NCBI RefSeq assembly: GCF_004010195.1
Contig: NC_057759.1
Location: 4,018,649-4,079,049 of the forward strand
Direction of reading: 5' to 3'
Source: Chiloscyllium plagiosum
Lineage: Eukaryota
Length of the DNA stretch: 60,401 bases
Shown: one piece after another, positions 1 through 10,611 of the stretch
How the letters are laid out: each line of letters begins with the position of its first letter
Position numbering within the stretch: position 1 is the first letter of the stretch
Translations under genes and position numbers: made by a program
The notes under the pieces: generated by a model
Told to the model about the DNA's origin: nothing
Seen by the model: the letters and a program-made list of their open reading frames with translations, nothing else
The model's database searches: none

Positions 1-1939
1 TGACTGAGTCAGGCCTCATCGCAGCAAGTCTGTCCTGTAAGGATATTGTACAAATTTTTGTTTCTGTAAACGACAGCTTCAACACAATGTAATTTAACTC
101 CTGGCCTGGAAAACTGTCATTAACAACCCTTTCATTTCATGTACACTTCAAGTTAGTTGGAATCTCAGTGAAGAGGTAATGTATGTGAGGGCAGATTGGA
201 TAGGTTTGATGGATAGTTTGGGCAGTATTGGTCAGATAGATAGACAGGCAGATAAGATATTTCCTGGTAAAACTTTGAGCATCATGTTTTTATAAGATTA
301 AATTATGTTGCAGTAAAGATATCGTTGTTTAAAGGAGTGCTACAAAGGAGTGCACATCTATCAGAATTGCACCATTTCATTAACACTATCACTGCTGAGC
401 CCTGGTTTAATGTGCATGATCACCTTCATATTTTATCCCTTTGGGAAGGATTTGTTGACAAACGTAGGGCTAAGAATGGTGTTACAATCAGTGAGATTTA
501 GAAGTAAGAAAGATTCAAATCACAAACATTAAATCTTAAAATGTGTATGAGAAAAATACACTCATTAGACAACAACAGAATGCAGCAACTCCAATGAAAG
601 ATTGGTCCAGTAAAGCATTGAAGTGCTATACCATCTGACAATCTGTCTTAGTGAATTTGTGCCAGAATTCAGACACTTAATAAATCATTTGATGCATTAC
701 TTACTGTTTTGATGGAATGGGAGAATCCAGCTAACGTTCGCATGTAACGGTTTGTGTCAAAATGGGATAAGCATCAATTATTGCCAGAAAAGAAACAGTC
801 CTGAAGCTGGCAGCCTCTCCAAGTGTCTCTCTCCACATAGAGTGTGTGAATTGCACTGACAAACTCTGCAAGAATCTCTGTCGAATCTTATTTCGACACT
901 TCCCTCTTTTTAAATCCTTTAAAGGACTTGCACTGCAGTCAGTGGAGAGTTTTTTTTTCCCTAAAAATGCGTGAAAGCAATGTTGCAATTGCCTGATTAA
1001 ATGGAAAGAAGAAGAGAAAATGTGCAAGCATTTAAAACCATATTGGTATTTCAGATGGGTGGGTATCAGTGCAGCTTCGAATTGCACCTCACTCCGCAGT
1101 GTGTGCAATAGACAGAACTGTGTCTGAAAACCTTTCTTTGAAAAAAAAGAGCGAGGGCACTCTGCAATATTCCATACGTGTTACCCCTGACAGAAGGAAT
1201 GTTTAATTGGAGGCAACATCTCAACATTTATGGAATACACAATTAAGTGCTTTCCCTGTTGCCTTCAGCAGAGAGAACGAAAATAGATTAAAATACACCA
1301 GTACAAACTCCAAGCTTTGAGTGATGGCACCGGAGCGGACTGTCTTTAACACTGGTGGGTCCAGCGCAGGATTCCAAGTGGTAGCATTGGCATTGGCTTT
1401 CAACGGCAGGGAACCTCTGCAGTCCATGGAGAAGACAGCATCTGTGTCAGTGTCAGATAACTGCATTAATGCATTAGACCTGAATCCATATTCCGGGTAG
1501 ATTGCCAGGAACAGCAGTAGCTTCAGCGGCGGTGTGGGCGACCCAATGTGGGCTCCCCCAGATTAGATTGTGTGGGCAAAACATGACAATGAGGAGGAGA
1601 TCGATCCCTTGTAGCAAATGCAGGCCCAGGGTAGATAAACACTTTCGAATTAATGGAATGTTTGACTTCTCATTTTATTTCTTCATTTTTTTAACTTAAT
1701 ACAAAGAATTACGATAACACTGAACTTTTAACTTTGTTCTTTCTTTTGATATTTTTCTTATATTTCTGTTTTTATGTACTTGTACCTAAGATGGTGCCTT
1801 GTGTGGTGACATTACACACTTTCCATTGTATTCCTGTACTTGTGTACATGTGACAATAAAATCTAAATCTGAGAAAGGCAATGTTAAACCAGATTTGGGT
1901 GTACCTTGTACACCAGTCATTGAAAGTAAGTATGCAGAT

Positions 1940-2790
1940 AAAGTCATAGAGTTATACTGCACAGAAACAGACCCTTTGATCCAACTCATCCATGCTGACC
2001 AAATATCCTAAACTGATCTCGTCCCATTTACTACCATTTGGCCCATTTCCCTCGAAATCCTTTTTTATTCATGTAACCATCTAAAGGCCTTTAAATATCG
2101 TAATTATAACCATCTCCACCACTTCCTCTGGCAGCTCATTCTATGCAGTCACCACGCTCTGCATGAAAAAGTTGCCTGCTTTTAAATTTTACCCCCCTCA
2201 ACTCGAACTCTTGCCCTCTGGGTTCGATCTCTCCTACCTTCAGAAAAAAAAAACCGTTGGCTGTTAACCCTGTCCATGACCCTCATGAATTTACAAATCT
2301 CTGCGAAGGTCACCCTGGTGCTAAGAAATGCATGAAATTGGAGGAAAGAGGGATATGTTTCCTGTAAGTGAAGACAGTTTTAGTACGGAATGGCAAAATG
2401 TGTTGGCATGGACTTGGAGGGCCGTAGGACCTGTTACTGTTCTTTGTTCCCTCTTAGACTCTGACACTCACAGACAATAAAGCTCCAGTCCAGTAAGCCC
2501 CTACCTATAGCTCCTTCCAGCCTTTCCTGAATCTTTCCAAGTTTAACAACATCTTTAGCAGGGAGACCAGAATTGAAAGCAGTATTCTAAACGTGGCGTC
2601 ACCAATCACTTTATAGCCGCAATGAGACACTCAGTATTTTGACCGATGAAAGCAAGTCTGCCAAACACTTTCTTTACCACCCTGTCAACGTACAACTCGA
2701 CTTTCAAGGAACTATACACAAATACCTCTATGTCTCTTTGTTCAGGAACACTTCCCAGAATCCTACCATTAACTGGATAAATTCTGCCCA
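1940..2790 (-). mobile_element. CR1/HER1-type LINE 3' fragments (duplicated at ~4250-5095)
   Basis: Minus ORF 'VNGRILGSVPEQRDIEVFVYSSLKVELYVDRVVKKVFGRLAFIGQ' is typical of the CR1 RT C-terminus; 3' tail 'gtcatagagttatactgcacagaaacagaccc'. Confidence 0.8.
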
Positions 2791-2829
2791 GGTCCAGATG
2801 CAGAAGACAGTAATGAAATTGTGTATTGA

Positions 2830-3265
2830 CCTTCATAGTGAGAGGATTAGAGTACAGGAGCAGGGATGTCTTGCTTCAGTTGTACAGTGCATTGCTGAGG
2901 CCAGAGTTGGAAGATTGAGGTCTTGGTCTCCTGATCTGAAGAAGGATGTTCTTGCTCTAGTGGACGTGCAGCAAAGGTGCATCAGATTGATTCCTGGAAT
3001 GGCAGGGCTGACGTATGAAGGAGATCGAATCAGTTCAGATTGTGTTTGCTGGAGTTTAGGTGAATGAGAAATTGCAGCATATTGTATAGCACTGCAGCGT
3101 CACAGTGCCAGTGACCCGGTTTCGATCCCAGCCTTAGGCAATATCTGTTTGGAGTTTGCGTATTCTTCCCGTTTCTGCATGGGTTTCCTCCCACAATCCA
3201 ATGATGTGCAGGTTTGGAGAGTTTTCCATGCTCAATTGACAATTGTGTTCAGCGATGTGTACGTT
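2830..3265 (+). mobile_element. CR1 LINE fragment followed by a decayed HE1-type SINE (duplicated at ~5135-5570)
   Basis: 'WSPDLKKDVLALVDVQQRCIRLIPGM' CR1 motif, then SINE body 'cacagtgccagtgacccggtttcgatccc...ggtttcctcccacaatcc'. Confidence 0.75.
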
Positions 3266-3418
3266 AGGTACACAAAGTTAAAAATCACACAACATCAGGT
3301 TATGGTCCAACACGCTTATTTGGAAGTACTAGCTTTCAGAACGCTGCTCCTTCATCAGGTCGTGGTGAAACAGAATCATTAGACACAGGATTTATAGCAA
3401 AATGTGACAGTGTCATAC

Positions 3419-5723
3419 ACAGAACTGTGTCTGAAGACCTTTCTTTGAAAAAAAAGAGCGAGGGCACTCTGCAATATTCCATACGTGTTACCCCTGACAG
3501 AAGGAATGTTTAATTGGAGGCAACATCTCAACATTTATGGAATACACAATTAAGTGCTTTCCCTGTTGCCTTCAGCAGAGAGAACGAAAATAGATTAAAA
3601 TGCACCAGTACAAACTCCAAGCTTTGAGTGATGGCACCGGAGCGGGCTGTCTTTAACACTGGTGGGTCCAGTGCAGGATTCCAAGTGGTAGCATTGGCAT
3701 TGGCTTTCAACGGCAAGGAACCTCTGCAGTCCATGGAGAAGACAGCATCTGTGTCAGTGTCTGATAACTGCATTAATGCATTAGACCTGAATCCATATTC
3801 CGGGTAGATTGCCAGGAACAACAGTTGCTTCAGCGGCGGTGTGGGCGACCCAATGTGGGCTCCCCCAGATTAGATTGTGTGGGCAAAACATGACAATGAG
3901 GAGGAGATCGATCCCTTGTAGCAAGTGCAGGCCCAGGGTAGATAAACACTTTCGAATGAATGGAATGTTTGACTTCTCATTTTATTTCTTCATTTTTTTA
4001 ACTTAATACAAAGAATTACGATAACACTGAACTTTTAACTTTGTTCTTTCTTTTGATATTTTTCTTATATTTCTGTACCTATGTACTTGTACCTAAGATG
4101 GTGCCTTGTGTGGCGACATTACACACTTTCCACTGTATTCCTGTACTTGAGTAAATGTGACAATAAAATCTAAATCTGAGAAAGGCAATGTTAAACCAGA
4201 TTTAGGTGTACCTTGTACACCAGTCATTGAAAGTAAGTATGCAGATAGAGTCATAGAGTTATACTGCACAGAAACAGACCCTTTGATCCAACTCATCCAT
4301 GCTGACCAAATATCCTAAACTGATCTCGTCCCATTTACTACCATTTGGCCCATTTCCCTCGAAATCCTTTTTTATTCATGTAACCATCTAGAGGCCTTTA
4401 AGTATCGTAATTACAACCATCTCCACCACTTCCTCTGGCAGCTCATTCTATGCAGTCACCACGCTCTGCATGAAAAAGTTGCTTGCTTTTAAATTTTACC
4501 CCCCTCACCTCGAACTCTTGCCCTCTGGGTTCGATCTCTCCTACCTTCGGAAAAAAAAACATTGGCTGTTAACCCTGTCCATGACCCTCATGAATTTACA
4601 AATCTCTGCAAAGGTCACCCTGGTGCTAAGAAATGCATGAAATTGGAGGAAAGAGGGATATGTTTCCTGTAAGTGAAGACAGTTTTAGTACGGAATGGCA
4701 AAATGTGTTGGCATGGACTTGGAGGGCCGTAGGACCTGTTACTGTTCTTTGTTCCCTCTTAGACTCTGACACTCACAGACAATAAAGCTCCAGTCCAGTA
4801 AGCCCCTACCTATAGCTCCTTCCAGCCTTTCCTGAATCTTTCCAAGTTTAACAACATCTTTAGCAGGGAGACCAGAATTGAAAGCAGTATTCTAAACGTG
4901 GCGTCACCAATCACTTTATAGCCGCAATGAGACACTCAGTATTCTGACCGATGAAAGCAAGTCTGCCAAACACTTTCTTTACCACCCTGTCAACGTACAA
5001 CTCGACTTTCAAGGAACTGTGCACAAATACCTCTATGTCTCTTTGTTCAGGAACACTTCCCAGAATCCTACCATTAACTGGATAAATTCTGCCCAGGTCC
5101 AGATGCAGAAGACAGTAATGAAATTGTGTATTGACCTTCATAGTGAGAGGATTAGAGTACAGGAGCAGGGATGTCTTGCTTCAGTTGTACAGTGCATTGC
5201 TGAGGCCAGAGTTGGAAGATTGAGGTCTTGGTCTCCTGATCTGAAGAAGGATGTTCTTGCTCTAGTGGACGTGCAGCAAAGGTGCATCAGATTGATTCCT
5301 GGAATGGCAGGACTGACATATGAAGGAGATCGAGTCAGTTCAGATTATATTTGCTAGAGTTTAGATGAATGAGAAATTGCAGCACAGTGTATAGCCCTGC
5401 AGCCTCACAGTGCCAGTGATCTGGTTTCGATACAAGCCTTGGGCATCATCTGTCTGGAGTTTGCGTATTTTCCCGTGTCTGCATGGGTTTCCTCCCACAA
5501 TCCAAAGATGTGCAGGTTTGGAGCGTTTTCCATGCTCAATTGACAATTGTGTTCAGCGATGTGTACGTTAGGTACACAAAGTTAAAAATCACACAACATC
5601 AGGTTATGGTCCAACACGCTTATTTGGAAGTACTAGCTTTCAGAACGCTGCTCCTTCATCAGGTCGTGGTGAAACAGAATCATTAGACACAGGATTTATA
5701 GCAAAATGTGACAGTGTCATACA
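3419..5723 (+). repeat. Tandem segmental duplication, copy 2
   Basis: Near-identical to 1112-3418. Similarity ends at 'gtgacagtgtcataca' (~5723), inside a Penelope-type terminus. Confidence 0.95.
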
Positions 5724-5833
5724 GTAATAAATTGAATAAATCTGGATTAAATCTTTCATCTTTTAGAATAGGTTACAAATTTCAGTTCATTAATATGCAA
5801 ATCCCAGAACTTCTTTTAAGTCACCTTCTCAAG
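5574..5833 (-). mobile_element. Penelope-like element (PLE) 3' terminus; first ~145 bp also at 3270-3418
   Basis: 'aaagttaaaaatcacacaacatcaggttatggtccaac...agctttcagaacgctgctccttcatcagg' matches the termini at 10612 and 13010 and carries the reverse complement of CTGATGA...GAAA. Confidence 0.8.
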
Positions 5834-5834
5834 G

Positions 5835-7731
5835 AGATGTTCCTTTGCAGTTCTGAGAAAGTGTGGCCCTCAGAACAGGGCTGACTGTAGAGACGTTAGG
5901 TGCTGGCGCATTGCTGTTACAGTCAGCCCTGCCTCAACTGAGGGCCACACTCTCTAAGCACTACAAAGGACCCCTCCTGTACTATATATCCGTTGCTCCC
6001 GATGCAATCTCCTCTATATTGGGGAGACTGGACGCCTTCTCACAGAGCGTTTTGGGGAACATCTCCGGGACACCCGCACCAATCAACCCCCACTGCCCCG
6101 TGGATCAACATTTCAACTCCCCCTCCCACTCTGCCGAGGATATACAGGTCCTTGGGGTTCCTCCACCACGGCTCCCTCACCACCCGATGCCTGGAGGAAG
6201 AAAGCCTCATCTTCTGCCTCGGAACATCCCAACCCCAGGGCATCAATGTGGACTTCAACAATTTCCACATTTCCCTGCCCCACACCTTACCACAGTTCCA
6301 AACTTCCAGCTCAGCACCATCCTCATGACCTGTCCTACTTGCCAATATTCCTTCACACCAATCCACTCCACCCTCCTCTCTGACCGATCACATTTATCCC
6401 CACCCCATCCACCCATTGTACTCTTTGCTACCTTCCCCCACACTCCTCTCTGACCTATTACCTCCATCCCACCACCATCCACCTATTGTATTTTGCTACC
6501 TTTTCTCCAGCCAACCCCCTCCCATTTATCTCTCCATCCTGGAGGTTCCCTGCCTCCATTCCTGATGAAGGGCTTTTGCCCAAAACTTCGATTTTCCTGC
6601 TCCTCGGATGCTGCCTTGACTGCTGTGCTTTTCCAGCACCACTCGAATCTACGCTCTAGTTTCCAGCATCTGCAGTACTCACTTTTGCCTATTTAATTTT
6701 AACCTTACTGCGAATCCTCTTGCAAGGATGACGACCTTGAAGAAGTTATCCTCCTCTCTCAAGAACCTCAGCGAGTGTCTCTCTCACTGCAACCGCCAGA
6801 TCATATCCTCTGCCCTGAAATTCTTCAACCATGTCCTGAAACAGACCCGCTACCAGAGCCACATCTGCTAATTCAGTGCTTGCCTCTACAGCCAATTGAT
6901 CCCCCATGGACTCCGTACTACATTTAAACCTGAAGCTTGGACCCGAACGGGACAACCACTACAGATTCAAAGCCACCAGCAACAGCTTTCCTTCAGGATC
7001 CTCCGCTCCACACTCGCTGCAATACGCCGGCACCTAACCTCTCTACAGTCAGTCCTGTCTCAGCTGAGGGACACACTCTCTCAGAACTGCAAAGGACACC
7101 TCCTGTGCTATATATCCATTGCTCCCAATGCGGTGTCCAATTCATTGGGGAGACTGGATACCTTCTCGCAGAATGCTTCAGGGAACATCTCCGGGACACC
7201 CGCACTAATCGACCCAACATTTCAACTCACCCTCCCACTCTGCCCAGGACACGCAGGGCCTGTCCTTGGAGGCATGTCCTTGGCTTCCTCCATCGCTACT
7301 CCCCCACCACGCGACGCCTAGAGGGAGATACGCCTCATCATCTGCCTCGGAACACCCCAACCCCAGGGCATCAATGTGGACTTCACCAGTTTCATCATTT
7401 CCACACCCCCCATCTTACCACAGTTCCAAACTTCCAGCTCAACACCAGCCTCATGACCTTTCGTACCTGCCAATCTTCCTTCCCACCTATCCAATCCACC
7501 CACCTCTCTGACGTATCACCTTCAACACTACCCCCACCCATCCATTGTACTCTTTGCTAACTTCTCCCCAGCCCCACCCCTCTCCCATTTATCTTTCCAC
7601 CAAAGAAGTTCCCTGCCTCCATTCCTGATGAAGGGCTTTTGCCTGAAATGTCGATTTTTCTGTTCCTCGGATGCTGCCTGATCTGCTGTGCTTTTCCAGC
7701 ACCTCTCTAATCTAGACTCTGGTTTCCAGCC
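5835..7731 (+). mobile_element. Internally deleted Penelope-like element in partial tandem (pseudo-LTR) arrangement with a short 5' inversion
   Basis: GIY-YIG endonuclease remnants ('YIHCSQCGVQFIGETGYLLAECFREHL'; 'EESLIFCLGTSQPQGINVDF') occur twice (5990-6270, 7110-7400). Each is followed by the same C-rich 3' region and hammerhead-like motif (6562, 7625). 5845-5913 is the reverse complement of 7018-7090. Confidence 0.85.
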
Positions 7732-7754
7732 TTACGATCTCTAAAACCAGGAGT

Positions 7755-9478
7755 GTTATTAATAATATGTTCTGTTCACTTTCTGTTTTGTGAATATGAG
7801 AATGCTGTTATCAACTTCTACCTCTCAGTTTCCGCTCTGAGAATGTGAGTGCTATATTCAGTTTCTGACTGTCAGTTTCTGTGCTGTCAACACTTGAGTG
7901 TAATTATCAATTCTTTTCTTGTCAGATTCTTCACTTTGAATATGTGTGTTTATCGACCTGTACCTGTCAATGTCTTAAGAGAATGTTGGTATGAGTTTCT
8001 TCCTGTGAATACATGTTACGTGAACAAGTGTGTGTCCTCAATATGCCCATGTCAGTTACTGCACTGAGAATGTGCGACTGTGTTATCAAGATGCACTTCT
8101 CAGTCTCTGCTATGTGAAAATGAGTGTATAGTTATTCAACATTGTCTGATATTTTCTGCTGAGTAAGCATGAGTGCACAGTTTAATCTTCGCCCCTCAGT
8201 ATCCGCTATGTCAATTTAGTTATCGATCTACAACAATGAGTTCCTGCCTGGTGAATGTGTAGTGTAGTTATTATTATGATCTTGTCAAGTTCTGGTCTGT
8301 GTGTATGTGAGTTTTGTTATAGATCTATTTATGTTACTTTCTGCTCTGTGATTATTTGAATGCAGCTATCAATCTGTCCAAGCTATGTGAATATGAGAGT
8401 ATAGTTATCAAAATGTATGTTACTTTCTCGTCTGTGAATGTGTAGACTGTATTTTTTTTCATCCTGTACTTCTTAGTTTCTGATATGTGACTCTGTGAGT
8501 GCAGGCATTATTCTATATCTACCAGTTTCAGCTACCTCTACAAGTGAGCTCAGTTATCAACCTGGACCTGTCAGATTCAGCAATGTGAATGTATGAATGC
8601 AGTTATCAATCTGTACCTGTCAATTTCTGCTCTAGAATCTGAGAGAGCAGTTATTCACATATTTTTGAATATTTTATTCCTTTACAAAATATAAATGTTA
8701 ATTTACGTGTAATTATCCTTCTATCCCTGTCCATGTATGCTACGTGCAACTGGGAGTGTAACTATCAATCAGTACCTTCAGCTTCTGCATTGTAGATATG
8801 ACAGTGTAGTTATCAATCTTTCTCTGACGGTTGCTGCGATGTGAATATGTGAGTGTACTTACCAATCTGTCCATATCAGTTTCTGGTGTGTGAATGGGTG
8901 AATGCAATTACTAATTTGTACCTGTCAGATTTTGAGATGTTAGTGTGTAAGTTTATATATGAAACCTGTCCCTGATAGTTTCAGTTATGAGAATGCAAGT
9001 ATTGAATCAGATTCTGGAATGTGAATGTGTAGATACGGTCATCTGTGTAGGAATATCAATTTCTGCTCTGAATATGTGACTAGTTGCAATCTGTACCTGT
9101 CAGTTTCTGTTACATGAATGAATGATGATAGTTGTTAACCTGTTCCTGTCAGTTTGTGCTGTTAATGTGTCAGTGTAGTTAACAGTGTGCATCTGTCAAT
9201 TTCTGCTAGGCGAATGTGTGAGATTCTGTGAGAGTCTGCTGTGTGATGGTTTCAATATAGTTATCAAACTGAGCTTGACATTTTTTTTCTGTGACTATGA
9301 TAGCGTAGTTATAAATCTTTACTTCTTAGCTTATGCTGTGGGAGCATTCTTTTCAGTTTCTGCTATGTGCATATAGTTATCCATCTGAGTCTGTCGGTTT
9401 ATGCTATCGAAATATGTGAATGCTGGTGTCAGTCCATGCCTCTCAATTTCTGCTACGTCAATATGTGAGGTTAGTTAT
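7755..9478. repeat. Degenerate ~50-bp minisatellite
   Basis: Recurrent consensus approximately 'gttatcaatctgtacctgtcagtttctgctatgtgaatgtgtgagtgca' throughout (e.g. 8553, 8602, 8810, 9085). Confidence 0.85.
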
Positions 9479-9817
9479 AGAACATAGAACATAGAAAAAT
9501 ACAGCGCAGTCCAGGCCCTTTGCCCCTCGATGTTGCGCCGATCCAAGCCCACCTAACCTACACTTGCCCACTATCCTCCATATGCCCATCCAATGCCCGT
9601 TTAAATGCCCATAAAGAGGGAGACTCCACCACTGCTACTGGCAGGGCATTCCATGAACTCACGACTCGCTGAGTAAAGAATCTACCCCTAACATCTGTCC
9701 TATACCTACCACCCCTTAATTTAAAGCTATGCCCCCTCGTAATAGTTGACTCCATATAGTAAAAATGGTTCTCATGGTCAACCGTATCTAAACCCCTAAT
9801 CATCTTGTACACCTCGA
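9477..9817 (-). mobile_element. Young CR1/HER1 LINE 3' end, running into a gap
   Basis: (atagaac)n tail; minus ORF 'YKMIRGLDTVD...TRGHSFKLRGGRYRTDVRGRFFTQRVVSSWNALP'. Confidence 0.92.
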
Positions 9818-10317
9818 NNNNNNNNNNNNNNNNNNNNNNNNNNNNNNNNNNNNNNNNNNNNNNNNNNNNNNNNNNNNNNNNNNNNNNNNNNNNNNNNNNN
9901 NNNNNNNNNNNNNNNNNNNNNNNNNNNNNNNNNNNNNNNNNNNNNNNNNNNNNNNNNNNNNNNNNNNNNNNNNNNNNNNNNNNNNNNNNNNNNNNNNNNN
10001 NNNNNNNNNNNNNNNNNNNNNNNNNNNNNNNNNNNNNNNNNNNNNNNNNNNNNNNNNNNNNNNNNNNNNNNNNNNNNNNNNNNNNNNNNNNNNNNNNNNN
10101 NNNNNNNNNNNNNNNNNNNNNNNNNNNNNNNNNNNNNNNNNNNNNNNNNNNNNNNNNNNNNNNNNNNNNNNNNNNNNNNNNNNNNNNNNNNNNNNNNNNN
10201 NNNNNNNNNNNNNNNNNNNNNNNNNNNNNNNNNNNNNNNNNNNNNNNNNNNNNNNNNNNNNNNNNNNNNNNNNNNNNNNNNNNNNNNNNNNNNNNNNNNN
10301 NNNNNNNNNNNNNNNNN
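9818..10317. other. Assembly gap (500 N)
   Basis: Run of N. Confidence 1.
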
Positions 10318-10611
10318 TCTCCGAGACCGACTGTATTCTATTTGTGACGAGCCCGTACCTTTGACAAAGTTAACATGCCCTTGAGTTTTTTTTCGCCAGT
10401 GACGGGGTAGTTGGTCAGGCTCCAAATAGGCTGAGTTTGAACTGTGTATTGGGCCATCTTTGTTTATCCCTAACAGATAAGCCCTCCAGCCTTTCATGTC
10501 TTAAAAAGCAAAGCTGGAAAATCAAAGGGGGAGTGGCTGGCTAGCTGTGTAGCTAACCATCGTTAAGTTTAGATTTTTTTTTAATTCAGTTCAGCAGCAG
10601 TGTATGTTATT

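Larger units (their letters stand above)
1112..3418 (+). repeat. Tandem segmental duplication, copy 1 (~2.3 kb)
   Basis: Sequence from 'acagaactgtgtctgaa' (1112) recurs at ~3419. Paired ORF coordinates are offset by 2304-2307 (1221/3528, 1502/3809, 1786/4093, 2606/4911, 3382/5686). Confidence 0.95.

Noticed and set aside
1..235. Possible cytokine-receptor exon on the minus strand ('PSNLS...TNLKCT*NE')
   Set aside because: It needs a frameshift and a stop read as Trp, and no convincing splice sites were found.
1221..1466. Minus-strand ORF duplicated at 3528-3821 as a protein gene
   Set aside because: No recognisable domain or splice structure; the conservation is explained by the recent duplication.
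9796..10497. Long ORFs here and at 29208-29844
   Set aside because: Artefacts of reading through N runs.
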